Notes under the pieces: model-generated
The model's database searches: none
Told to the model about the DNA's origin: nothing
The model's input: only the letters and a program-made list of their open reading frames with translations
Assembly: GCA_036172245.1 (NCBI GenBank)
Contig: JAYWIR010000026.1
Coordinates: 682,001-746,000, forward strand
Length of the DNA: 64,000 nt
Source: Raillietiella orientalis
Lineage: Eukaryota
Direction of reading: 5' to 3'
In this document: positions 44,216 to 57,200 of the stretch, piece after piece
Numbering within the stretch: the stretch's first letter is position 1
Layout: every line of letters begins with the position of its first letter
Position numbers and translations under genes: made by a program

Positions 44216-44475
44216 ATTAATTCTTTAAAAGTGCTATACAAAAGTGGTCGAGGAGGGTCAGTTGAGGTAAGGAACGTTCATCATCACCTTTTTGTAATTT
44301 AATTTTTTAGGGGTTACCACCAGGGATACCTTCTCAGACCCTCAAAGCAGATCCTACCTCGATAAAAGGGGATTTCATTTTAAGTGTTCCTGAGAAACCA
44401 CCTTGGACTTGTTCAGGCAGTTACTACGTCAAATGCCTTCCAAATATTCATGTGACAGTGAATTCAATCTCCTAG
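44216..44475 (+). CDS. Non-AUG upstream ORF (uCC-like, PPW motif) in the ODC leader; exons 44216-44266 and 44311-44475
   Basis: A 44-nt GT-AG intron (44267-44310) joins an open frame INSLKVLYKSGRGGSVE|GLPPGIPSQTLKADPTSIKGDFILSVPEKPPWTCSG...NSIS*. The ATT at 44216 has A at -3. There is no ATG between 44199 and the ODC ATG. Confidence 0.7.
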
Positions 44476-46215
44476 ATACCCCCGTGGATCCAGTCGCATT
44501 GATTCGGGAGATCATAAGCCGGAAGGTATTCTTAGAGTTGCTGACTTCTGTAAGCACATGGTCTCGTTTCATTGCATTTCTTCATGCCTGTAGTTAGTAT
44601 GCCTTGGGTTTTACATGTAGAATGAACATTCACGAGAGAGAAAAAAAAAAAACGAAATTGAAAGATAGAAGTAGCGTCAGAATATGCCAAGTTAAATTTT
44701 GCTAATGTTGATGTTTCATGCATACAGACCTAGTCTTTTTTGTTGTGATGTTGAAATTTCTTTATCAAACTTTTTATGACATAGGTTTATGAACAAGCAT
44801 TTTACATTGTGAATGTGGATGATATTGTTTTTAAACATTTGCAATGGAAATCTGTTTTGCCAAGAGTGGAACCTTTTTATGGTAGGTATTTTGTATTGAG
44901 TAAAATTACTAACTCTTATCATTAAGCTGTAAAATGCAATAATGTGGATTCAATTCTGAAGGCTCTGAATATCTTGGGTGTGAACTATGATTGTGCATCT
45001 AAGGTCTGTGCATTCTTGTGCATCCTTATGCTTAACTCTTGAAATATCCTGCATAGGGAGAAATTGAGCAACTACTTTCAATGGGAGTGAAACCGGATCG
45101 CATAATTTATGCTAATCCTTGCAAAACTGCTTCTTCCATCAGTTATGCTGCATCAGCAGGAATTGCACTCATGACATTTGATTGCGAAGAGGAATTGCAT
45201 AAGATTAAAAGATTACATGCTCATGCGAAGTATATATTTTACTTTTAGTTTTTCCGGACATAACTTAGTCAACAGTTTTTTGGATTAGATTGGTTCTTCG
45301 GATCCGTTGTGATGCAAAAAATTGTCGAGTTCAACTGGGATTAAAATTTGGAGCCGATCCTTCTCATGCATTTCATCTGTTATCAGTTGCCAAAGAGCTG
45401 AAGCTGAATGTTGTGGGTGTCAGTTTCCATGTGGGATCTGACTGTTTTGATATCACAGCCCACTCACAAGCCATTATCGCATCCCGTAAAGTGTTTGATC
45501 TAGCAAAGCAGCTGGGGTTTGTGTTTGATTTGCTGGACATCGGAGGTGGTTTTCCTGGAGTCGAAAACGGATCAGTTTCATTTTTAGAAGTACATTCTGA
45601 GTTGTTTTATGTTAAACTCTTGTTGTAGATTGCAGCTCGTATTAACAGCAGTCTTCAGCTTCATTTTCCAGAAAATGATATCCGAATCATAGCTGAACCT
45701 GGCCGCTATTATGTAACTTCTGCATTCACTCTTGCAACTACCATCATTGGCACCAAAAAGGTAAGTGACTTTGATGCAAGGTTGTGTTACTATTTGGACT
45801 TCAGACTGCTGATGGTAATATGTACTATATTGACGATGGTATATATGGAAGTTTCAACTGCTTATTATATGATTGTGGTCATGTGAAGCCCAATGTTCTA
45901 ACTTCAACAGACGAAGATGTATTTCTCAGTAGCGTTTGGGGACCAACATGCGATTCACTAGATGTCATCTGCCAGAATGTTATGTTACCTGAACTGTCAA
46001 TTGGCAGTTGGCTGTATTGGAATCACATGGGTGCTTACACTGTGGTTGCAGGATCTACTTTTAATGGCTTTCCTAAGCCAGGCCTTATTACTGTTGTATC
46101 CAATGACATATGGCATTTTATGCATGGATGTCCCAGAAGTCCTACTTGTCATGCTGCGAAAGTTTACTGCAATCAACATAATTCGAGGCAGTCCATTGCA
46201 GATGCAGTAGTGTAG
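44433..46215 (+). CDS. ODC1: Ornithine decarboxylase; exons 44433-44525, 44785-44881, 44927-45003, 45057-45229, 45289-45589, 45629-45760, 45805-46215
   Basis: PFYAVKCN (PLP lysine), DCASK, IIYANPCK, KFGA, FHVGS, LDIGGGFPG, AEPGRY, DGIYGSFNC, WGPTCDSLD (catalytic Cys), MGAYT. The catalytic residues are intact, so this is ODC rather than an antizyme inhibitor. AATAAA at 46222. Confidence 0.96.
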
Positions 46216-47899
46216 CTCTGCAATAAAGCTGCTTCACTTTACTTATTGACATTTCATTTTCGTTATTCAATGCAGTATGGAAATCTAGTTTGTGCATGCG
46301 CTGATTGTGCATTTGGAAGTCATGCTGATCGAGTCATCGAAGTCGTGGTTTGGGATTGGTCTTCATGTGCATGGTGTACGAGACCGTGTTGCTGTTATGT
46401 TTGTTTAAGGGTGTCCCGTTCGCACGGCCAACTGCCGCGGTGTATTTATGACCTGGGCCGATGATTCTATTTTAATGTCACCGTTGCCTGGTGCACATGC
46501 CGTTTCAGGAGGGGTTTTCAAGGTGATTTTGTCCCAAACATCAATTTCGGGAAAAAGTTCCAACTGGTAAGGGAAAGTGAAAGCTTTGGCGGAGTGAAAG
46601 CGTTTGGGAGGGGAGCGGGGATTTTTTTTTTTCCACATTTTTCTTGCATCGTAAACAAGTTTATGCGTTTCGTTGTGATCATTATGTGCCCAGGACCTCT
46701 TCCAGATCTCCGTTGCACCATACAAAGCGTTCATGTAATCGAGCAGCCCGCCGATGCCTTGCGGGCGCAAGAAGAAGCACCCTATTCAGCAGCTCAACGG
46801 GCAGTGGCAACAAATGAGCGGATTCCGCATCTATGTTAGCATTCGGCGTTTTCGGTTACGATCTCACGCGATCGTTGCACGAGGTGGCAGAAGAAAGCCC
46901 ATCTGTGCTCCTGGACCCGTGCCGTGCTGCCGGAGCATCCGTTCGTCCCGGTGCGTGGAAGGTGCGTGGGAATCCCCAAAGAGCACACAGCGAGGGAGTG
47001 AGTGGATGAGAGAGTGTGCTCCGAAGTGTCCCAACGGATGCTCGGGCAAAGTCCCTACAAACACCCTCCGTAACACAATACTCCGTAATTTCGAGCGGGG
47101 CGATGTCTGGCACTCGCTGGCACGTTAACGTTCTCGGCCTGGGCTAGTTGACGGTGCCAGTGCTGACCTCATTGCCCGTCCCGGCTTCCTTTTCCCGATT
47201 CTAAACCGTACTCTGCAAGCTTTATCAAGAAATGTGCCAACTCAGCTGCCATGGCTGCTGACATTGAATTCTCGAGATGTCACTTTCACCTTCGTTTCCC
47301 CATTTGCCACAAACAAATGCAGCCAGGAATTCCATTCACGCTGGTTATCTACTCACTGTTTAAACAGTTGTAAACAGCTCCCTTCCACGCTCTCAGGCTG
47401 AACTTTTGCTTCGTTTCTTAAGACCGAATTGTTCAGTGGGCGATTCAGCTCAATGCCTTTCAGGGTCAAACTTTTCTTCTCTTCAAAAGTTTTCCCACTT
47501 TTCGAACATTCTGGAAAATGAACTCTGGGTGGTCCTCCAATCTCTGATTGCTTCGCTGTACCAATTGAAAAAGAGAGAGAGCGAATCAAGTGTTCAGCAA
47601 CCAGCCTATGGAGAGTTAGGTGGGAGAGCTTGGCTGCTGCGTTTCACTCTTGTAAATTCTCACTGATTAACTTCCAGAAAGAGAAAAACTCTGGGATCTT
47701 TCCACTTCGTGGTACCCCATAGTGTCCTATCACCTGCCTCGTAATCCGTTCGACGCTCGTTTTTCTTTCTCCGCTTTCAAACCTGCTTGCGAGTTCCTTT
47801 ATCCTACGGAGGGAACTGTGAACTGGTCCACGGGATCAGGATTCGTAAAATCCCGTATAGCAGGGGGGAGTCCCCAAGCCGCAACACCACCAGGGCGTC

Positions 47900-50470
47900 C
47901 TCTGCATCCTTGTAAGGATGCCGGTAAGTTCCTGTTTTATGGTTTCCAGAGGAGACCATCTTGACGCTATCCTCGTGACGAGGACAGCAGAATAGATGGC
48001 GTCCCTGTCGTTCTGGCCTCCTCTGGCGTTGCTCCATGCGGCCACGGTCCCTCCGCTTGGCAGCAAAGTGTTGCTGGGGATGCTGTCGACATGAGGGCGT
48101 CGCGCAGGAAGAGGCGATTTAAAACGTCTCTGGCGCTGCCGCCGGGGGTTCCAAGGGTCGCGGCGAAGCGTCTTCAAAAGGGTCGGAGGGCAACACAGTC
48201 CACTAGGAGGTGTGGGAGGGATTCCCGCTCCCGGCACGTTGCACAATTTAGGTCCACACACACTCCGTTTCCAATGATGCCGGCGGATGTTGAACGGGAG
48301 AACCCAATGAGCAGTAGAAGCAGCGCTGCCTCCTGCCACTTTAAGGGGAAGGTGCGAGTGTTCATGAGCAAAGGGAGCCAATGCAGGTCTTCCTCCGGAA
48401 TACCTAGTAGCACGTACTAGCGTAAAAGTTCATGTGGTCGAGCAAGCGGGTTCGCAAGACGTCGGTTGTCTGGTTCTTCGTCCACTCGCCCAGTTTTTTT
48501 CTCCTTCAGAAGATTTCCACAGTAAGTTCCCATCTAGTCGCAAGGCTGCTGCCCATGTGCTTCCTAAGGGAGGGCAGCACGGCGGCGAGGGAGCTTCTGC
48601 TTGCCTACACACTCTCTTCACGGGATCTTCCAGGGTCTCCCGAAGCGTGCAGCTGTTGCGCGCGTGCAGGAAACGTCGCACCTGTTCCGCACTTACCTCC
48701 TGGATTCTCGCCTCGCCCATGTACGGACGGATTCCTGCAATTAGGCACTACCTTTTGCAGGGCGGCACGAGACCCATCGAACATTCTTTCTGGACAGTGT
48801 GGCCACTTGCCGCAAGTGCAGTCCGCGGTGGATGAGGCTGCGTGGACGGCGGGCAAGGAAGGACACGAGTCTCACGCAGCCGGTGGCTTGCTGGACGAGA
48901 AGGCGTTCAGGATGGAACCAGGATCGCCACTGGTCGAAATCGGAAACCCCCGGAGGTTCCGTCGAGTAACCGGGATCGGAAGTCGACCCTCCGGAGTCCT
49001 TCAGGATTTTCCTTTGGTTGCACAAATGAAGCCGTTACCAGGGAGCTGGTGGACCAACACCTCTCCGTCGCTGTTCCCTTCTTAAGCGATCCTTTCGAGA
49101 AAATTGGGAAGCGTCCCTTCGGGGTTTCCTTCAGAGGAGGAAACCAAAAGCGGATCCTTTCCGGGGGGTCCTTTCGTAGACATCCATGGAGAGGGTTCCC
49201 TTCGGGGTTTTCCTCCCAAGAGGAACAGACCCCTTCCTCCGTAGCTTTTCTGGATTCATAGGGTGGTCCCTGAGGGGTCACCCCTTGACTTGAGGAGTAA
49301 CACTCACCCTCGGACGGCGTGAGCAGTGTTAAAAATCTTGTTGAGCCCCCAAGGAGGGGCGAACAGTTCTTCAGCAGTCAACGAACCCCCAAAAATAAGA
49401 AAATTCGAAAAACCAAAAAAGGAGCTGGAAGAAAGCAGCGGGAAACAGAAGATCCCTGAAGTGTTGAAGTGTTGAACCCTGAAGAACCCATCCTCGCCTT
49501 CATGTGACAGGAGTTGGCGCTGCTGGCGGTGCACAGGGGAATCCCGTGCAAAGCGCGCCTCCACCACTGGACACGGGGGGGCAGAGTGGACGTTCCGTGC
49601 GGCAGATGAGGGAAGAAGGAGACCCTTCCGCATCTGCTGTTGGACTGTGCTGCCCTCCGACCCCTTTGGGATCGCATCCCGACAGCTATAGGTTCCCCAT
49701 CAGACGACCCCAGGGACATTTCCAAATATCTCTCCGTGCGTGCCTCTCCGCCGCGTCCCTCCAGCAGATCTCCGCTGTCCCGTTCACAGAACCACGACGG
49801 CATCGAACGCCAAAAGAAGAGGGCCCAAATGACAGAGACGCCAAGCACTGGGTGTGGATCTTCCTGGAGACCACGTCGAGATGGTCCCACCTGGGTGCCA
49901 TCCAGAACGAACCTGCCAACATACTGAACAGGATGCAGAGGACACCTGGCAGCGTACTGTGATCCCCTCCCTCCTCGCTTTGTGTGTTTATTTTTTTTTG
50001 TTTTTGTTTTCCCCATGCTGCAGAAGCGGACCTCGCCGGTCTGTGCACCGCTCTTCGGCAGGTTCACTACGCGCGGTAGAACCAACGGGCGCGCATCCTT
50101 CCGCGATCTGTCCGTGACAGCGCCGACGTCGGCGGTGCTCCGACGCGGCGCCCAACGGAAATGGCGATTGGCTCGCTGTGGCGGGTTCTCCGTCCAGGAG
50201 GTGTCCTCAACCAGTGGGTCTCCGGGATGAAAGCGCCTCGTTCCCCTCGTTTGATATGTGAAAGCCCAGGATAGGATGATCGTGAAAAAGAGGAAGGCAA
50301 GGTGGTGATCCAGTAGGCGGAGGTACTCCATAAGGTCGTTTGGTTTCCCCTGACGACTCCCGGCATCTTCGTCGTTCGCTTGGACATCTCTACTTATCGG
50401 CGACGTAACGACTGGGTCCAAGCCCCTGCTCCAAGTAGAAGGTGACCACGACTTCCTTCGATGTTCTTCC
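47900..50470 (-). mobile_element. Decayed L1/Tx1-like element: ORF1-like remnant, low-complexity spacer, ORF2 C-terminal CCHC finger; EN/RT not visible
   Basis: CATCRERESLPHLLVDCVALRPF (C-x2-C-x7-H-x4-C) at ~48245-48177. LASLSFGPSSFGVR...EICWRD...HARRD..KCP at ~49850-49705. 49080-49320 is homologous to 18770-19110. Confidence 0.65.
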
Positions 50471-51283
50471 ATCGGCGGACGTGGCTACGATGGACAAGGG
50501 GGTGGAGGGGTCCAGTACATGGCCCAAAGGCTTCATTCTCTGAGGGCTCCTTATTTTAAGCCATGGAGCCCTGGCCACACGAATGCATTTTCATCACTTC
50601 ACGTAATAAATGCCCCGGGGCATAACTGGGCGATAATCAGCGCCTTCATGAAAAGTATCTGTCGGCGGGCAATCTATACTCGCATGCAGCATCGAATCAT
50701 TATGGTCCGTCATCGCAGGTGGTCGTCGTCGTCCACGGTGCAACGCCAACCACCTGCGATGCGGAAGCTCCCGGCGAGGCTCTCGTACCTCAATCGTGGC
50801 CAGCAATGGCACCGAAAAATGAACCACAAAATTGTGGCAGCCCTGTTTTAAGTGGTCCACCCTCTAAACTGCACCTTCAGGAACGTCCTTAGCATACGAA
50901 ATATACAAAATTTTTTGTAAACTACATTTCGCACTGCATGCAATTTTTTCTGGCGTGGGAATGGTTCCTCCCGCTCCCTTAATGTGGAGTCCATCCTTCC
51001 CATTGCCAGCCCATCATCTAACGATAAACCCCCGCGTTACTTGCTTCCTTGAAATAACTGTGGCGAAATTCCCCGGTGTGGTCCGGACCGAACAGCCTGA
51101 ACATCCGCTCCGTCTACGAGGCGACGAGGCCGGCAGGCGCCTGCCAAACTCTCACGGTGTTTGGAGACCAGCGATTCATACCTTTCCTCTTCTCATGAGC
51201 TCTAAGAATACGGACCATCTCTTGCTGATGGCAAGAGACGATCGGCCCGAAAACTACCAGTAAGGATAACCTGTGTGTATTTC

Positions 51284-54200
51284 TCAGTTTTCTTTTAGTG
51301 AATATATCCAAGGATTCGATGAAACTATGTTCGTGAAGAACGTGTACGGGGAAAAACAGCTGGCATCCCAGGAACTCAAACCTACCAGATACAGTTTGCC
51401 CTTGGTTCCCCGGCAGACCAGAGGTTCTCCTTTCTGACACTGGATCGAGGTCGACATGACAGGGGGGCAAAACCCGCCAACTCACCCGACATCCTTCCCT
51501 GTTCAGCCTGGTGCAGAGCAGCTCTGGGTCCAGCTTGAAATCGGGTCCCAGGACCGACTGCTGCAATCCCTTCTGGCAAGTTTCGTGCGTGTCAAGGCTT
51601 ATTTTATCGAAACCAGATTCATTGTCTGCAAGAGTAGTTGTTGGTTTTTTTTCTTTTGGTTTCAAGTGCTCTTCGCTTTTAACATACTTCTGAAGACTCC
51701 TTCCTTCTTCCACACGTAACAGTTTGGTTCTCCCAGTTCATCCGGCTCGTCCATCAGGCAGAGAAAGGAGCGAGGCCAGGATCCGGCTATCCTGAGAATG
51801 GCGAGATCATTCCGACGATAATCGAGAGAAAATTTCGGGTGCTGGTGGATGATTTCCAATGGAAACAGCTGCTTCGTGGACGTCAAGACCTCCAGATGGT
51901 CGATGGAAGAGATTCCCCTGAAAGTTCCACAGTTTTCGTCAAGGCGACAACGGAATTTTTCCCGCCGGGTGATGAAAGCGTTACTGGGGGGATCTGATTA
52001 AATAGGCTCTGGCTAATAGCCGTGTTCCAGAATTAGTAGCCGAGCACGTCCGGAGCAACTGGTTGGATCTTCAACGATAGGGAGCGATATTCCGAACCGC
52101 AACGGAAGTTACAGTTGACTCTAACCACCGTGATGAAAAATACGAGCAGGTTCTTGTGGAAGTGAGAGTGGTCCACAAGAGGAGAGTAATCATTCGAAAA
52201 GTCACCAGGAAGAGAGAAACTGGGAGAAGGGAAACGTCCCAGGAATTCCCGAGGCTCCATAAGAATCACGTGCACTTCAGACCCGAAAGTGCCGAAGTGA
52301 AGTTGCCCTATCACACAGGGTTGCCTCCGCTCGGGGAAAGACTAAGGTATGAGGGACCGAAAAAAAAAAAAAAAAAAAAGGAGAGAGGTAGAAAACAGGA
52401 CGGGAAATGGAGCTGGTCTGTCTTTACCGATTTTCCTTCAGGCAGTGAGCGGCTGTGACCAGGTGCTTGCTCGAGATGAACGTCGCCTCGCAGAGGTAAG
52501 TCCTGTTGCGCAGCAGCACAGCCTGGGTGTCCCTCAGCTCGTTTTCCACGCCGTCTGAGCAACGGTGCTTCTCGAGGGGGCAGCACACTCCCAGGGTCCT
52601 GGAATTAACTTCGCAGGGCTGTCGCCGCGCCGCGCGCCGTCCTGGAACTCCGAATCTCTGTGACTCACCATGTGTAAGCCAGGGGAATTGCAGGTGAATT
52701 CCGGGACGCATCTGCTGGACTGATCGCAATTCCTGGGGAACAGGATGCCTCCGGAGCTGCTCCTGTTGTCCTCCGGGGAGTGGAAGAACGTCGCTGTGTT
52801 CATCAGCACGCTTGACAAGTCAACCGGAGGGCTTGTGCTGCTGGTGTCGGGAACGTGAGAAGATCCCGCGACTATCCCGACGGCGGTCGTCCTTTTGTAT
52901 TCCTCCTCGGACGCTCCATGAAACTGCAAGTCCTGGACGGCGGGGCCTGGCTTCTTTTCAAAGAAAGACAGGATTTGAGATCCTCGTTTGGGCAGCTCGC
53001 TGGCGTCCACCGCTATGGTTCGGTTCCCGTGCACAATTTTCACTTGAGCGCCGGTCCAGAACTCTTTCGAGAGGTTGTAGACCCCCTCCACGATTATCGT
53101 TCCGGAGGCGAGGCCTCCGGTCCCTCCTGGGTGGTCCTTGGAGGTCACCGGACGGAACATCAGCACGCTCCCGTTCGGGTATATCTCCCGCAGGTCTTTC
53201 AGCTGCGGGAGCGGTCCCTCGTTCGAGTAGTACAAGACGAAGAGCGCATCCTGCTGCTGCGCGCCTTCCTTGCTCACGAAGTCGAACGTGTAGCTGCTCG
53301 GCGTGTACTTCAGGAAACCCACCGCCATGACCGGAGGGGGGGGCGCGCCAAAGGTCGCATCCGCGGCAGCGACGGGCACCAGCATGAACTCCAGCTTCTT
53401 GGTGGGCTTCTTCGGAGCGGGGGTCCCGCTGAGATTCCCGAACCACTTGCCTTCCTGCGCGAGGAAGAAGCCCAGCAGGTCGGAGATCTGGTTGCCGACC
53501 AGCAGCTCTTCGATCTCGGCTCTCTGGACGGAGGCCAAGTGACCGCTCATGTAGGACGGAGCGGCCGAAGGAATCTCGTACTTCGCCGTGTGCGTCCAGT
53601 ATTGGGTCGCCCTCTGGGCGCCGCCCTGCTGGAAGAAATCGACCAGTATGGAGGGTATGTTCTGCAGGCCCGAGTGCTTCTGGAAGAAATCGACGAGGAT
53701 GGTGGGAGTCTGCTGGGGAACCAGGTTTCCCTGAACAAAGTCCATGGTTATGGGAGGAACTTCATAGATCGAGTATCCTGTCAGGTTTTGGATCTGGTGT
53801 AGCACGTCCATGGCTTCTTGGACGCTCGGCGAAATCTGGATCGGGGTCAGCTGCTGCCATGTGTAGCCGGAAGAGGAACCGGGCTGACTGTGCGCGGCCG
53901 CGGCGTCGCCGCCGCCACCTTGCAACGAACCAGAAGAGATTTCTTGGAGCGAAACCAACTTGGACAGAGTCCCCTGCTGGAACAACCAGACGTCCTCCAG
54001 CGAATGTCCGCTGAAGCCGCCGCCCGTGACGACGATGGAGCTTTCCGGCAGCTGGGACAAAAATTCAGATGCGTCTTTCCCTCTCAGGAAGTCATCTCGA
54101 AGCAGCACCAGGAGGGTGCCATTTGGGTACAGCCTCTCCAGATCGGAGCAGCTGCTTCTCGAGCCATCGGTGGCGTGCTGATAATGGACGCGCATGAGCG

Positions 54201-57200
54201 TCCCACTGTCCCAGCGGCTGTCCTCTTTGGCTATCTGCATCGAGTACCCTCCTCGTTCGTTGCAGGTCACGTAGATGACGGCTCCCAGGGCAGGTGCGAA
54301 CAAGGTGCTGGTCAAGGTGTAAGGAATTATCCAATATTTCACGCTTCTGGCTATAGTTTCCGTCAGAGGCTGCCTTTGGTTTTGGTAGCTGGCGACGGGC
54401 AGCTGGATGTGGATGCTGGTGACCTGAGGCTTGATCGTCCAAGCCGTAGAGATCGGAGGGGCCGCGCTGGCAGGCTGCCAGAGCGGCATCGGAGGCGGAG
54501 GGTGGCCGCCGCTCACGTTTGGCTTCCCGGAAAAGAGCGAAAGCCAGTACTGGTTTCCCAGCTCGCTCGTGTTGACGACCGACGCTGGAGAGTCCGCGCT
54601 CTGGCCGGAGACAGGATGCAGGGAAGCGGGGTGCTTCGCGCCGAAATTCGAGTCCCAAGGGGAGGGGTTCTGTTCCCAGTAGGAGAAGCTCACCCCTCCT
54701 TCCGCCTTCACCGAAGAGTTGTGTAACACGACGGAATGGTTCGAGGAAGAGCTTCCTCCGCCATGGGGAGGAGCCAGCGGGAAGAACTTCGCCCAGCTGG
54801 ATCCTGGCTGGGGGCGGGACGCGTCGCTGCTTCCCCAGGAGGCGAAAATGATATTCTGGTTCTTGAGGGTCTGAGATGTGCCTGTATCCCCGTCGGGGCT
54901 GCCGCTCTCCCCCTCTGCGCCGGACGACGGCTCCGTCGACGTCTGGGGCCCGCTTTCGCGCCCGGGGCCGTTCTGCTTGGTCCAGTGCTTGGCGAATGCC
55001 TCCCACTTGAGGTCGTTCTTCCGAGACGGCCAGGACGAAGCGGCCGTTGCGACAAGCGCCGACTGAAGGTCCAGCGGCTTCCCGTTCTCCAGGTAGAAAG
55101 ACAGGAACGGCACGTAGGATTTCCGGGATTGCGTGTCGAGAACAAGGACGATGCTGCTGTTCGCGAACGGCAGCGACTCTGACGGGGCGAAGTCCTTCAA
55201 CGAAGCGAAGGAGAGTTCCAGGAGCGTCCCGTTGGCCACATAGGATTCCAGCGGCGTTGGCTCCCTGCCGGCGCCGGGTCTTTCGCCGACGTAGTAGACG
55301 ATGGCCTTCGTGCCGTTGGTCACGGCGTCGCTGTTCTTCCTGATCTCGACCTGGTAACCGTCCTCGGAGCGCTTCAGATAAATCGCTATGGAAGGCATCG
55401 GCCAGTAGAGCTGACCCTGGCCCGCGCACGGGGTTAGCCAGTAGAAATAGCTGTTCTCGCTCTGAAGCAGCTCCAGATCCCTCTCGAAGGCGGTCGAGCG
55501 ACCCGCCCCTTCGGACGCCGCTAGCGTGAAGGAGTAGATGACGACCGGGAACTGGTCGGGCCCCTCACTGAAGGGAGAGGAGGACTGCCTGTCGACGTCC
55601 CAGCCGGGATAGGACGTCAGGGGAGCTTGCTGAGCCCCGCCGACGCCGGGGGACTCGTAGGAGCTCACGGTCGCTTCTCCCAGGGGCGTGGCTCCGAGAG
55701 CCTGCATGTAGAAGACACCGAACTTCTTCGGGTCCCCTCTGCCCGCGGTGATGAGGATGCTGCCAGGGACCGCCGCCGCTTCCAGTTCTTCCCTTGCTAC
55801 TTCCCGGTAGACGAAGAACTCGACGTCAAGCAGCTTGTCGACGATCGGGTAGTCTCGGCTCGCCTGGAACCCACGGGACAGCTGGAACACGTCCCCGTTC
55901 CTGATCTTTCCCGGCAGGCGGGGGATCATCAGGGTGAACCAGTCTTCCGCCTTGCCGACCAGCACGCTGATGACGCGCTGTCTCCGGTCGTCGCGGATCC
56001 TCTGGTAGTCGGGCGCGGGGCTCAGTAGGCCGACGATGGGCTGCTCCTTGGGAGACACGCCCGCGTGGGCGTCTCTCGAGCGGGGCCAGAAGTCGAAGAC
56101 GATGGAGAAATGGTCAAAGGCGCTATTCGAAGGTACCCCTGATTCGGGGGCGCAGTACGTTCTGGAAACCACCTCACGAGGCTCCTTCTGCTCCGAAGGA
56201 ACCTTTCGGAGCTGCCCCAAGTGGTAGGTCTTGTCCGAGAACACCACGAACATTTCCAGGAGGTTGCCGTCGCCGGCGGCATCGTCTTTCCCTCCCACCA
56301 CCAGTGTTCCGGACGCGAAGGGAGGCTTCCTGTCAAGGCCGCCCTGCCAGCTCGTCAGGCCTATCCCGCTTCGAACGTCAATGTCAGGCGACTGCGGTTC
56401 CTCCCTGTTGTACCGGAAGATGGTGCCCTCCGGATAGATGGTTTCCAAGCCGAAGGCGTTCTTCACCGCCAGAGGGGCGTCGCGCAAGTGGTGGACCATC
56501 ACGAACCCCTCTCCGCGCTCGTCGAGATCGTACTTGTTGAGGTGAACCCTGCACTTCCCGCTCTGGCAACGCACGTTCCAGGAACCCGACAGGAAGGCGG
56601 GACCGATTCGATCCAGGTTCGCGTCCTTCCCCTTCGGAGAGTAAAACGGCCAGCTCGCCTTCCTGTCGAGCGACCAGGAATCGTCCTTCCTCATCGGAGT
56701 CAACCAATAGAGGACTTTTCCCGTTTTTCCGTCGAGAGACCAGGAACCGCTGTGCGGGTCCATCTTCACCAGGCTTCTACGGAGCTGCTGCTCCGGAACC
56801 AGTTCGAAGCTGTCGGTCTTCCGCAAGGGCGCCCTCAGGGGCTGACACTTCCCCACCTCTTCCACCGCCTCGTACCTCTTGCTTTCGGAACGGTTCTTGG
56901 AGCTCCAGTCGAACTCCTCTCCGACGAGTTTCCTGCTGATCTTGCCGAGGAGCAGCGTTCCTTCGGGAACGACCAGGTGCATGTCCAGCTCGTAGTCCAG
57001 GGTCCCCGCGTCGGTTTGGGCTTCGGTGAGGATGAGCGTTCCCGACGAGAGCAGGGTGTTCCGAGGGACCGTGCGGTGCAGGGTGACCACGGTGCCGCTG
57101 CGCAGGTAGCGAGCGATGTTGCTCTGTGACGCGAACTCCAGCACTTCCTCCGATGGGTATAAGGCAAGCCTGCTGCCTTCCTCCCAGTGGTCGGTGGTGC

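Noticed and set aside
46405..47128. ORFs downstream of ODC
   Set aside because: No recognisable domain. Probably decayed repeat sequence.
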